From contig NC_092352.1 in the NCBI RefSeq assembly GCF_963676685.1, positions 24,924,001-24,988,000 of the forward strand: 64,000 nt of DNA. Direction: 5' to 3'. This document shows, piece by piece, positions 13,330-25,261 of this stretch (positions within the stretch are counted from its first letter, which is position 1; every line of letters starts with the position of its first letter). Made by a program: the position numbers and the translations under genes. This stretch comes from Mytilus edulis (Eukaryota). The notes below the pieces were generated by a model. That model searched no databases, was not told where the DNA came from, and saw nothing but the letters and a program-made list of their open reading frames with translations.

Positions 13330-14150
13330 GTATTTGTCAGGTCTGTATGCCTGCATACCACCCTGGTGTATGCTAAAACCTCACTGTATGCATATACAAG
13401 TATCTTTCAGGTATGTATACTAGCATACCGACCTGGTTAATGCTAAACTCTCACTCTATGCATATACAAGCATTTTTCAGGTCTGTATGCTAGCATACCG
13501 ACCTGGTTAATGCTAAACTCTCACTCTATGCACATCCTAGTATTTGTCAGGTCTGTATGCTAGCATACCGACCTGGTGTATGTTAAACTCTCACTCTATG
13601 CATATATACTAGTATTTGTCAGGTCTGTATGCTAGCATACTGAACTGGTGTATGTTTAACTCTCACTCTATGCATATACTAGTATTTTTCAGGTTTGTAT
13701 GCTAGCATACCGACCTGGTTAATGCTTATTTTTCACTCTATGCATATACTAGCATTTTTCAGGTCTGTATGCTAGCATACTGACCTGGTTAATGCTAAAC
13801 TCTCACTCTATGCATATCCTAGTATTTGTCAGGTCTGTATGCTAGCATACCGACCTGGTGTATGTTAAACTCTCACTCTATGCATATATACTAGTATTTG
13901 TCAGGTCTGTATGCTAGCATACCGACCTGGTGTATGTTAAACTCTCACTCTATGCATATATTCTAGTATTTGTCAGGTCTGTATGCTAGCATACCGACCT
14001 GGTGTATGTTAAACTCTCACTTTCTGCGTATATAAGTATGTGTCAGGTCTGTATTCCTGCATACAAATCTGGTGTATTTAGAACCTTATATATATATTTG
14101 TTTTGGTATAGTTAAGGTCTGTATGCCTGTATACGAACCTGGGATATGTA
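13330..14150. repeat. ~60-62-bp minisatellite, about 13 units, each with palindrome CAGGTCTGTATGCTAGCATACCGACCTG
   Basis: Directly visible tandem array. Confidence 0.95.
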
Positions 14151-14937
14151 AACCGATTTTTTTTTATAATTTTGGCTTTTTTTTCTGCTAGGTACTTGTT
14201 TGCCTGCATGGATTCTAAAAAAAAAATTCTGGATTGTATTGGCAAGTCTGTATGCCTGAATGCTAAGTATTTTCTGAGAAGTAACATTTCTTATTACTTA
14301 TGTTTGCATACCTCCCTTAGAAAATAAGGAGATGTGTATGATTGTGAAATGAAAAGGTCGAATTCCATCGATGTAAGGAATTACTTATGTATAGCCTTCA
14401 ACTTCATTTGAATTTGAATTTGAAAGAAAGCTCTTAATTCTTTTAACTGCAACACTCAGGGGTTTATTCTCGTATACCAACCCGCTTTTCAATAAACCCT
14501 TGTAAAACAATGGAATTCATGAGTTTAATTGTCGGCATAACAACATATAATTCTATACCCATTGGAACATAAAAGTTTGCATATTTGTTTGACATTTTCA
14601 GTTCACGTTATTCTTGCATACAACACTGGTGTACGGTGAAAACTTATTTTATTTTCCTTGCATGGATACATACAAGCTTTAATTGCTTGTATACCAATCT
14701 ATGTTTTATTGAATTGCAGTTTTACATACATTCTAGTATTGTCAAACCAAGCTGGTGTTCAGTAAGCTTGTGTTATTGTGTATGGTTTGCCCCCAGTCTT
14801 AAATGTCTGCATATTTGGTGGCACTTATTAGATATTAAGCAAGCTGAATGGTTTGCATTCTAACCAGCCTTATATTGTATTCATATTTTGAATTGCAAAA
14901 CTATCATTTTTCATCATTCTCAAAGTTATAGACTGCA

Positions 14938-15290
14938 TGAGGGGCGAAAGATACCAGAGGAACAGTCAAACTCATAAATCGAAAATAAACTGACAACACC
15001 ATGACATGAAATATACAAATTAAAGTACACAAAAAATAGCATAGAAAAACAAACAAAGTCTGAGCAAAACGAACCCTAACCAAAAACTCAGGTGCTCTAG
15101 AAGGGTAAGCAGATACTGCTCCACATGTCCAACAGTGGCACCGTCGGGTTGCTCATGTTTTTACAAACCCGATAACTAGCTTTATACAGTTAGTCAAATT
15201 CATGAAAAGGGAAGGGGATTGTAGTTATGACGTGAGAAACATATCCGATATCATCTGTGAAACGGTTATTCCATAACGGTCAACCAACTA
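14938..15290 (-). mobile_element. 3' end of another Penelope-like family (RT C-terminus plus 3' UTR); source of an abundant dispersed repeat
   Basis: Minus strand reads LVDRYGITVSQMISDM (cf. DLVDKYSVSTSEMIHD near 45830); UTR copies recur at ~1397-1517, 30972-31150, 41585-41708, 42350-42505, 54370-54585 and 56255-56450. Confidence 0.65.
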
Positions 15291-17059
15291 TATACTATGG
15301 TAACAATTGTGTATACACTGGAGTTGTAAAAACAAATCCTTAACCAGGAAAGCCAAAGAATTGATGCCTTTTCTAGTAAAGCCATGCATACATTATTAGC
15401 AGGAACAGCAAAAAGACTGGTGTTGTTCATTGGTGTCATAGTTTTCTAGGAAGGCATTGGTTTAACCTATCCAGTCACTAAGAAGTGTTACAATTAAATT
15501 CATAAGCAACACATAAATAGTTACATGAAAGGTATAGCCAATGTTTGAAAAATGCTGAAACGAGAAATGGAAACTACATATCATATACATATATATGTGC
15601 GAGTAAATATTTTACACTTCACAAATTTAACATTGATGTAGCGTGGTCAACTACATCAAAGATGTGATGGTCAATTATACTTAATTTGTTGAATGATCTT
15701 GCATCTTGATTATTAAATGTGACAGTTTGTACGGTACATGAGTTGCACAGTAGAAATGTAATAACATTTGGACGTTTATCAAAGCAAGGTTTAATTTAAT
15801 TTAAGGACAGCGGTTCATAGCACGATTTTGTAAGAAACTTTTTGTATTGATCACTTATATTGGTGTAGTAGCTTAAAGTAACAATTAAGTTGCGATATAG
15901 ATTGTAATGAAGTAACATGTTGTTTTATAGAGTTGGAACTAAGTAACGTTTTGTATTGGAATTTATAACTGTGAACCTGGGTTGTGAACCTTTTGAATAT
16001 ATCATATATACCTGTACTTTTATATGATTAAACATGTGAACATTAAACAGACTTCGTTACTCATATATAGACTGAAGTGAGCCTATATATATATATATAT
16101 ATATGGTGAAATATTTAATAGCTATTTCCTTATGTAAACGGGCAAGAAGGATTAGATCCCAGATACATATATCCAAAGTAATGACTGTCAAAAATACACA
16201 GAACAAAGACCCGTTTAGCGTTACATTTATATCACAATTACTGATTTTAAAGTTTATATGAACTAAGGGTTCTTTATAGTGGTTGAATTGAACTCGTTCC
16301 CTTGAAAAACAAATTGTCGCCATGCATGTGATTGATTGAAGATCAATGAAATATGTCATTTCCTTAGTAACATTCATATTTCCAATTTGAACACTCTTGA
16401 AATGTGCTGTTCTAATCCTTTTGCAATAAATTTATGAATAATTTGTTTGAATTACATCTTTTCTAAAAAAACTAAAAAGCTAAACAAAAGACGGCCAAAG
16501 CTACGTTTTCTTTTTCATTGTATTGTGACAAGTAACCCCCAGGGCATATATTTTTTTATTTTTATATTATGCTGTAAATATGTTATTTCAAATGGATAGA
16601 ACATGAGAATTATTGTGATATTTAGATTTTTGAGACTTGTTGTTATTTTGAGAAAGTTCCCGTACTTTTTCATCTGTAACTTTTTCGGGATCGACCCCAC
16701 TTTAGACATACTTTCTGTCAATTTTGGACAATGACAGCCAAACTTACTTATATACACTCTTTTCTAAAGTCGAATTGAGTTTGAGAATTTACTTTTCCCC
16801 ACTGAAGGTTATGCATTTTGCTTAAACTTGTCGATCTTCGTTTCTGTTACAGACAGCATGTATCGCTATCCGCCATTACTTCAGATGAACGGCTAGCGAT
16901 TTCATTGGTTGATTAAAAGAATAAAGTATTTTACCTTAATTTTTGTAGAAATTGTTATAGAAATGTTTTATTTTACGATTAATGTTAGAAAATGTAAAAG
17001 TTTATATTTTAATAACTTTGTATTCTTTGTCGATTCAACTTGTTAAAGAATGGAGCTTT

Positions 17060-17205
17060 TTGATTGGCTATTGGTTACTGTGCAAGATGGGGCACTTAAG
17101 GGTATCGTGCATGCCCCTGTGCGGTACATTTGCACTGCCGTGCAGTGGCGGGTATTATATAACCTTTCGAAAACGCTGCACTGACGTCACTTTCACGCCA
17201 TTTTA
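17060..17205 (+). promoter_or_regulatory. Putative LTR Pol II promoter
   Basis: ATTGG (CCAAT) boxes at ~17063-17075, TATATAA 17156-17162, CRE palindrome TGACGTCA 17182-17189 overlapping Inr-like TCACTT, YY1-like CGCCATTTT; mirrored in the 3' LTR. Confidence 0.5.
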
Positions 17206-17576
17206 TTAGGGATTGAACCGCTGCCAAAATTTTATTAGAAAGTAAGGCCAATTTTTACGTTTAGAAACTTATTTAACTAAATTTTCTTATTGGAAAAACG
17301 TAATTTTACAGAGATTTTAATGATAATTTCTAGAAGTTTATTTTCATTTCAAAAGTAACTTTTAAAGGCTGTTTTACGAATTTATGGTTCAAAATTTCAT
17401 TGTTTTGGAATTGTAAAGTTTTGTTTAAGTACATTTTACCGGAAAGTTAGATTTTTCTATTTAAGAGTCCAAAGCCAATCAAACTATTTTTGCGTTTAAA
17501 TTATAGACTGTGTTATAGGATTTTAAAGGTATATCTGAGAGTTCTTTGTTACACTTTTATTGTCCTCTATTTTACA

Positions 17577-18618
17577 AGACATACGCTACTAGTAAAGTCT
17601 CTAGTACACTTGTCTACATTTACGCAAATTAAATATTATATTAGATAAGGTAATAGGGACACAAAACATACGCTACTAGTAAAGTCTCTAGTACACTTGT
17701 TTTGTTTAAATAACTATAAATAGGGAGATTAGTTAAAAGACATACTCTACTAGTAAAGTCTCTAGTATTTTGTCCTGATTAAAATAATTGGAATAAGGAT
17801 AAAGGGCTTACGCTACTAGTAAAGTTTCTAGTACATTTGTCCTGTTTAAATAACAGTTACTGTATAAATAGGGAGATTAGTCAAAAGACATACACTACTA
17901 GTAAAGTCTCTAGTATATTTGTCCTGTTAAAGTAATTAAGATAAGGATAAGGGTCTCAGGACTACACTGCTAGTAAAGTCTCTAGCAATTGTCTTGAAGT
18001 AAATAAGAAAACCAAGTTACAGATAAACACTATTTTGAGTAAACTTTGAGATAAATTAGATGGCATATGCTGCTAGTAAGGTCTCTAGCACAATTGCCAT
18101 AATAGCTTAAATTTGTATAAACTGAGATTAATTGATTTTCTCTTCATAAATCTATTTGTACATTCATTTACAAGTAAATACTAAAAAAACCTTTAGATCT
18201 AAGGCATACGCTCTAGCACAGGGTCAGCTAGCGCACTTGCCTCTAAATTTTGTACACCTGATAACGCTCTAGCACAGGGTCAGCTAGCACACTTTCTTGT
18301 GTACTAAAGTTATAACGTTTATAATAAAGAATTTAATACATTAAAAACCTTTTAGAACTTAGGCATACGCTCTAGCACAGGGTCAGCTAGCACACTTGCC
18401 TCTAAATTTTGTACACTTGATAACGCTCTAGCACAGGGTCAGCTAGCACACTTTCTTGTGTATTAAACTGTTGAATATTCTATTGTCTATGTAACGTTAC
18501 CAATTTAAACTCAGAAGTTAGGTACTCAGTTAAACCTTTAAGTGATATATATATACCTCAGATATACCTTGTTAATATTAGACATACGTTACTAGTAAAG
18601 TCTCTAGTACACTTGTCT
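17577..18618 (+). repeat. Array of 12 interspaced ~38-50-nt stem-loops inside the 5' LTR
   Basis: Class A (GACATACGC-TACTAG-TAAAGTCT-CTAGTA-CACTTGTC) at ~17577, 17661, 17738, 17804, 17886, 17956, 18060, 18580; class B (ACGCT-CTAGC-ACAGGGTCA-GCTAG-CACACTT) at ~18202, 18252, 18361, 18411; compensatory changes in the stems. Confidence 0.9.
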
Positions 18619-19021
18619 CTTTGTTATATGTAATATTTGCTACTGGTCTCATTGTTACATACCAGTGTCAGTGTATCTGAAGAGCGAAACCCTAGTCAAA
18701 TAATAAACACACTATTGTTATTCATATTTTTATTGGTTAACTGTAGTCCTTTAATAGTCCATTATATATATTGAAAGTGACCATAACATCATGCCAATAA
18801 TAAAGTATTGAACTTGAAAACGTATTTCCCTTTACTTTAGATTTTAACAAATCTAGCGAGACATAGAGTTTGCTTTTCCAGTCATTATATCTGGTTTATT
18901 GTGTCACCTCAGTTGGTTCTGATTTTGAGATTTAGTCTTGGGTCAAGGTCTTGTGTACGTTCATTGTTTGGGAGTTTGCTGACAACCTTATTTGCCATAT
19001 AGCTCTTGCGCGCTACATTTT

Positions 19022-19039
19022 TGGCATCCTCGGTGGGAT
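19022..19039 (+). other. Primer-binding site
   Basis: TGGCATCCTCGGTGGGAT, separated from the LTR end by 4 T; priming tRNA not identifiable with confidence (partial resemblance to Leu/Asn 3' ends). Confidence 0.75.
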
Positions 19040-19083
19040 CTGCTTGTCATTTGCGGATCCAGTGGTACGAATATCTTTTAATT

Positions 19084-20765
19084 ATGGTAAAAAGGAAGAA
19101 TCCAGCACTACCCAAACCAGGTGAAAGGAGCGAAATAGACAGAGACGGATGCCATCGAGACTGACACAGATTGTAATATGTACACAGACTTTTCAGAGCC
19201 AGAAACTGACGACAGAGATGTTACAGTAATACCAAAAGTAAGCGTGATAAACTTGCCCAGCACTAGCTCTATACCAATTAGTTCAGATATCAGACCAAGA
19301 AGAAGTTTGAGACTGTCCAGGAAGAGAGAAGTCCATACAGAGAGTGAGAGAGAAGAACCTGAAATGCAAAGTCATGGTGACACAGCTGGTGTTTATGGTA
19401 TAATTAAAGGGGCATTTCAAGAAATGACCGGTCAATTGGTGACAGCAATCCAATCAGCATTCAAGGGTTTCCACAGTGATACCAAGTTAACTGAAAAGGG
19501 GGAGACTAGAAAAGCAAAGAAAAGACCAACAAAGTCCAAAAGTGACCCAGGCAGATTACATCCTGTGATGTCCAACTTTGCCATCCAGTCAGACAGTGAT
19601 GATAGTTCAGATGAAAGCAGCTATGAAGATTCTATAGAAGGCAGTATAGATACATGTTACATAACAGAACCCAAAAGAAAACCTGCTATGTCTAATAATG
19701 TTAAATTACCAGCTTATACAGGCAAAAAAAAAATGGGAGGTGTACTACAATAGATTTGAAGCTGTTTCTAAACTGAGTCATTGGGACGACTACACCAAAC
19801 TAGCAGAGCTACTTCCTCGTCTACAAGGAGAAGCAGGTGACTTTGCCTTTGATCAACTTGCCCAAAGAACATTATCAAGCTATACTAGATTAACCAAAGA
19901 GATACACAACAGATTTGGAACTTTCGAGACCAAGAAAAACTACAAAACATTGTTTAATAGACGAAACCAGAAATCTGACGAGAAACCAGAGGCTTATGCA
20001 GCAGAGCTGAAACGGATTTATGACAAAGCTTACAAAAACAGAGATGTGAAAATTAGGCAAGAGGACCTGTTACAAAGATTTCTGATGGGACTTTCTGACC
20101 ATGACAGTAGGGTCCATGTGGAGCTATATAAAGAACCAAACACCATTGAAGAAGCAGTGCAAGAAGTTATCACTTTTACTGAAGCTATAAGTCCACAAGA
20201 AGACCATACAGTAAGCAAATTTAAGAAGCAAGTTAGGCAGGTTAAGGGAAAACAGAAAACTTACAGTAAAAAGGGCAAAGACAAAGGAAAGAAACAAGAT
20301 GACCAATCACTTAGTGAAGACAGTGACCAACCTAACCCTCCTAAACCAGGATTCACCACTGTAGATATTGAACAAATTAAAGATATAATAAAGCGAGTAA
20401 ACTAGGAGCAAAGGAGAGATGAAAACATACAGAAACCAAATGGGTACCAGGGGAACTCCCATTTTAGCTCTTCACCAAATTATGTACCAGATTCTAACAG
20501 TTACAATAGAAGAGAAAACATAAATACTGCAAATCCACCAAGTCAACAGGGGTATGGTAGTCAAGATACAAAGAAAAATTTTGCTTGTTATTATTGTGGC
20601 CAGCCAGGACATTTTGCCAGGAACTGCTTTAGTAACCCAAATCGACAACCCGACTTTAAAAGAAGCCAACCATGGAATGAAGGAAGAACAAGGGAGGTTA
20701 CTCCACCAACTCTAGATTTTAGGTCAGGGAAAACTGAGTCTTTCCCTGAAATAGCTTTAAACTAG
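19084..20765 (+). pseudogene. gag: gag (capsid-like domain plus CCHC zinc knuckle), disrupted
   Basis: VKLPAYTG/KKWEVYYNRFEAVS..W..KLAELL..LQGEA and RRNQKSDEKPEAYAAELKR capsid motifs; CYYCGQPGHFARNC at ~20586-20627; frameshift in the A10 run at 19724-19733 and TAG at 20403; start position uncertain. Confidence 0.9.
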
Positions 20766-20798
20766 AGAGGGTCAACTCCAATGACCAGGAGCTGACCC
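20756..20798 (+). other. Programmed -1 ribosomal frameshift signal (gag to pol)
   Basis: T TTA AAC slippery heptamer immediately before the gag TAG, 6-nt spacer, hairpin GGGTCAACTCC-AATGACCA-GGAGCTGACCC; the -1 frame is open into the protease ORF. Confidence 0.85.
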
Positions 20799-23700
20799 AG
20801 GGTTTTCAGGAGAAAGGTCAAATTTTGAGAGAGGAGAATAAAGAAGTGTCACATAGCAGCAGTAGTTCAGTAGAGGTTTTGAGTAGAAATAAAAGTAGTT
20901 TTAATGAGGTTATTGATTTCTCACAGGGTGAGAATGAAAATTTATGTTCAAGCTGTGACGACAGCAGTGAACAAAACTTGATTAGTCCACAATTTATTGG
21001 ACGTCAAGTACTCCGCAGCGAAGGAGTTTATATTGAGGGTCATGTGCAAGGCACTGAAGTGAATTTTACAGTTGATACAGTGGCCTCTCGAACAGTGTTA
21101 TCGAGAAGGGCTTTTCAACAAATACCATTTGCTAAAAGACCCCTCTTAAAGAAGTCAAATATGCTGGCTAGTGCCGATGGCAAACCACTACATGAGTTAG
21201 GGAAAGCCATTTTTGACATCAAATTAGGAGATTTACCTTTTGAAATTGAAGTTGTAGTTGCAGAGATTGAGGACGAAGCCTTGTTGGGTCTTGATGTACT
21301 TATGAAGGCAGATTGTGGACCAGCTAATTTAAGATTAAGCGACGGGATTATGCTGCTAGGTGATACTTCCATTCCCTGTCAACAAATTGGCTTACCTGAA
21401 AGAGTAAGAAAAATTAGAGTAGCTGATAATTTTTCTATACCGCCCAGAAGTGAAATGCTTATAGATGTTTTTATAGATAGATATGAAGATGACCAAATTT
21501 TAGGATCCTTTGATTTTGTTTTAGACCCCACGGAAGATATATTACAGAGATACCCAGTTGTTATGGCCCCTACTATAGTTAACATTGAAAAAGATGTAAC
21601 CAGTTTAGTTAGAATATTAAACCCTTTTGATACAGAGTTTACTTTATATCAAGATACAGTTATTGGAGAAGCTGAAAGCTTGATAAAGGAACCAGAAATT
21701 TTAGTTTCATGCGAAGATAAAGCTGAAGTCAGTAATTTTTCAGTAGTTAGACGTATTAAATTAAGTGACCATAAACCAGTTCAGTGGGAAACCAACACGG
21801 GAATTATTAGGAACATTTCAAAAAAGGGACTGCAGATGGTGGGAAAAGTGGTATTGTTCCTGATCACTTACAGGATTTATTTTTAGAATCTACTAAAGAA
21901 CGTTCAGCAGAAGAATGTGATATTATTTGTAATTTATTAAATAAATTTTCAAATGCTTTTTCTAAAAATGACATGGATTGGTTTAACTAATTTAACAGAA
22001 CACTGTATAGAGACAGGGGATGCCAGACCAGTGAAGCAGCCACCAAGAAGAGTACCTTTGGCCTATGCTAATGAGGAAAAGAAGTTGGTAGACCAGATGT
22101 TACAACAAGGGATTATCCAGAAATCGCACAGTCCATGGGCATCTCCACTGGTTTTGGTTGTGAAGAAGTCTGGTAAGCTGAGACCATGCTGCGATTTTCG
22201 CAGGCTAAACAAGCTAAGTCGGCTCGATAGTTTTCCTATTCCACGCATACAGGACTGCCTGGATACTTTGAGTGGTTCTACCATTTTCAGTACTTTTGAT
22301 TTGATCAGTGGTTTCAATCAGATCCCTGTAAAGAAAGAAGACATCCCTAAGACTGCATTCGTGACTAAGTATGGTCTATTTGAATACAAAACTCTCCCGT
22401 TTGGTCTTTGTAATGGGCCGTCCACCTGTCAAAGACTAATGGAATTAGTTTTAAACGGTTTACAGTGGCAAACTTGCCTAATTTACCTGGACGACATTAT
22501 AGTCTTCTCCCCTAGTTTTGACCAGCATATTGAAAGACTAGAAGAGGTGCTCCTTAGAATTTTGGAGGCAGGGTTAAAGCTGAAACCAGAAAAATGCACT
22601 ATGTTAAAGTCAGAAGTTGCATTTCTTGGTCATGTTGTATCAGGAAAAGGGGTTCAACCAAATCCAGATAACATTGCCAAAATTTTAGCTTGGTCAGTGC
22701 CAACAAATGTAACTTAAGTCCGTCAATTAATTGGGATGGGTAGCTATTATCGTCGTTTTATTAAAGATTTTTCTTCTCTTGTGAAGCCTCTAACAGAGCT
22801 CACTAAGAAGTCAAATGCATTTATCTGGTCGAATGAGTGCCAAAAATCTTTTGAACAACTTAAAGAAGTATTTATGAGTCCAGAAATAATGGGATATCCT
22901 TTAGACAAGGGAGATTTTATATTAGATACGGATGCAAGTGATTTTGCCATTGGAGCAGTTTTGAGCCAAATTCAAGATGGAAGACCCAGAGTGATCGCTT
23001 ATGGCAGTCGTACCTTAAATAAAGCTGAGTGCAATTATTGCATTACAGACAAAGAATTGCTGGCAGTCCGGTATTTTATAGAATATTATAGGCAGTATTT
23101 ATTGGGTAGAAGTTTTATGGTCAGGACTGACCACCAGGCCTTGATATGGTTATTTAGCCTTAAAGAGCCTAAGGGTAGGATTGCCCGGTGGATTGAAATA
23201 CTATCCGCTTTTGATTTTACTGTAGAATATAGACCAGGCCCCAAACATGGAAATGCAGATGCTATGTCACGATGCATAAACCCCCGTGAGTGTGATTGTC
23301 CCCAAACAGACCATATGGAATATTTGAAATGTGGTCCTTGTGCGAAATGCACAAGAAGAGCTCGTGACATGGTGACTTCCATGATTTTCCCCCCTTTTAT
23401 AGAAGAAAAGAAAGTTTTTAAAAGTCTTAATGTAGTAAAGACAAGGAAACAGACAGAGGAAGCTAATACTTGGACCATTTAGAAAACAGGACATACTATA
23501 CCAGAGCTAAAGAAATTACAAGAGGAAGATGAAGCCATTGGCCATATTTTTAAATGGAAAACAGATGGGAAGAGACCGCCATGGAGAGATGTGGAAAGTT
23601 TGAGTCCAGCTACCCGACATTATTGGCACCTTTGGGAATCCTTATTTTTTAAAGAGAATTTACTCTTTAAAGAATTCTCTAAGCGAGATGAAACTGCTGA

Positions 23701-24838
23701 CCAAATACAGTTTTTAACCCCACAGAAATTGAAACCTGAAATCTTAGCTCAAATGCATAATTCCATTACATCTGGGCATTTGGGAAGGAAAAAGACAAAG
23801 GCAAAGCTTTCCCAGAGATTTTATTGGTATGAGATGAGAGAGGAAATCACCATATGGTTAGCAAAGTGTGATATTTGCCAGGCAAATAAACCTCCAGTAA
23901 AAGGATACAGGGCCCCTTTAGGAAGTATGCCTACTGGTGGACCATGGGATAGATTGGCTACTGATATTTTAGGCCCTCTTCCTGTCACACCAAGACATAA
24001 TAAATATGTTTTAACGGTAACAGACCATTTTACAAAGTGGGTCGAGGTTTTTCCTGTACCGGACTCCACTGCTGTTACCTGTGCTTACTTGATTTTAAAT
24101 GATGTTATATGTCGTTATGGTTGTCCACTTGCCTTACACTCTGATCAAGGTCGCAACTATGAAAGTGATATTTTTCAAGAGCTGTGTTCTATGTTAGACA
24201 TTAGAAAAACAAGAACCAGTGTAAGAAATCCAAATGGTAATGGTCAAACAGAGCGATTTAATCGTAGTTTACTGTTTATGATTAAATCTTATTTACAAGG
24301 TGAACAGACAGACTGGGATTTAAATCTTGGTTGTCTTGCAGGTGCTTACCGGTCTACTCCGAATGAATCTACAAGTCTTACTCCTAACTTGTTGATGTTA
24401 GGAAGGGAAATCAGGTTTCCAGTTGAGGTGACACAAGCAAAAGTTTTGGTTCAAGGTGAAGTCCAAGTAAATCCAGGCGATTTTGTCTGTGAATTAAGAG
24501 AGAGGTTGCAAAAGGCTCATAGTGTTGCCAGAAAACATTTATCAGCAAATGCTAAAAGGCGTAAAGATTACTATGACCAGAAAGTAAACTTTGTCATTTA
24601 TAATATTTTTGATAAGGTTTGGTACTTAAACGAGACAAGGAAGGAAGGCATAAGTCCAAAACTTCAACCCTTATACTTGGGACCTTGCCTTATTACCAAA
24701 AAGTTGAATGAAATTAATTTTGAAATACAACTAGATGCTAAGGGAACCAGAAAGGTTATTAATCATAACAAGTTGAAACCTTACATTGGTGAAAACATAC
24801 CCAAGTGGATGAAAATAGTTGAAAAACAAATTTCTTAA
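20756..24838 (+). pseudogene. pol: pol: protease, RT, RNase H, integrase (HHCC, DDE, GPY/F), disrupted
   Basis: VDTVAS (DTG degenerate), LPFGLCNGP..YLDD, LDTDASDFAIGAVL..TDHQAL, H..GH..C..C, TDILGP..HSDQG..TERFN, LYLGP; frameshifts at ~21825 and ~21977, stops at 22715 and 23480. Confidence 0.96.
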
Positions 24839-25261
24839 CTGTTGTTAATGGCCGGTTAAACTCCATTATCCTTTGTCTGTACTATACTTGAGTGATAAAC
24901 TGAAAATATAAAAATAAATTTTTGTAAATATCAGTAGAGATATCAAATATGAATTCATTATTTTTATGAATTCTTCCAAAGAAATCTAACTTGACAAGTT
25001 AGGGATCAAATCTATATTTTGCTTACCAATATGAAAATTGTTAAGTATTTAATTTAATTTTAAATAATATAAACTTGGTGTATGAAATTTTTATATACCG
25101 TTTAATAAGTATGTAATATAAACGTACCTTCTTTTGGCTTAAGGGTATAATTATCTCCCCTGTATAAAGCTAAAATAAACTTCAGATACACTGCCAGGTT
25201 ATTTCTGGGACCAGACCTATTAAACTGGACAAGAGTTTTAAAGGTCCTATACTCTTTTTAG

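Larger units (their letters stand above)
16524..19017 (+). repeat. 5' LTR (2494 bp)
   Basis: Starts TGTGACAAGTAACCCCCAGGG and ends GCTCTTGCGCGCTACA, the same ends as the 3' LTR. Confidence 0.95.

Noticed and set aside
14440-15600. Transposase relic inside the large TIR element
   Set aside because: Only faint Tc1/IS630-like words (HFLVTG*VKP, LLEKASI) on the minus strand; too decayed to call
16515-17209. Duplicated ORFs in the LTRs (16515-16757, 16982-17209, 27853-28068, 28293-28520)
   Set aside because: Short, no motifs, and duplicated only because they lie in the LTRs
17577-18618. CRISPR array (palindromic repeats with spacers)
   Set aside because: Eukaryotic LTR context with no cas genes; spacers vary widely in length and are related to each other (two-unit block duplications); repeats vary by covariation
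17577-18618. Hairpin units as hammerhead, twister or hairpin ribozymes, or IREs
   Set aside because: No CUGANGA/GAAA core, no recognisable twister or hairpin-ribozyme loops and no CAGUGN loop on either strand by eye
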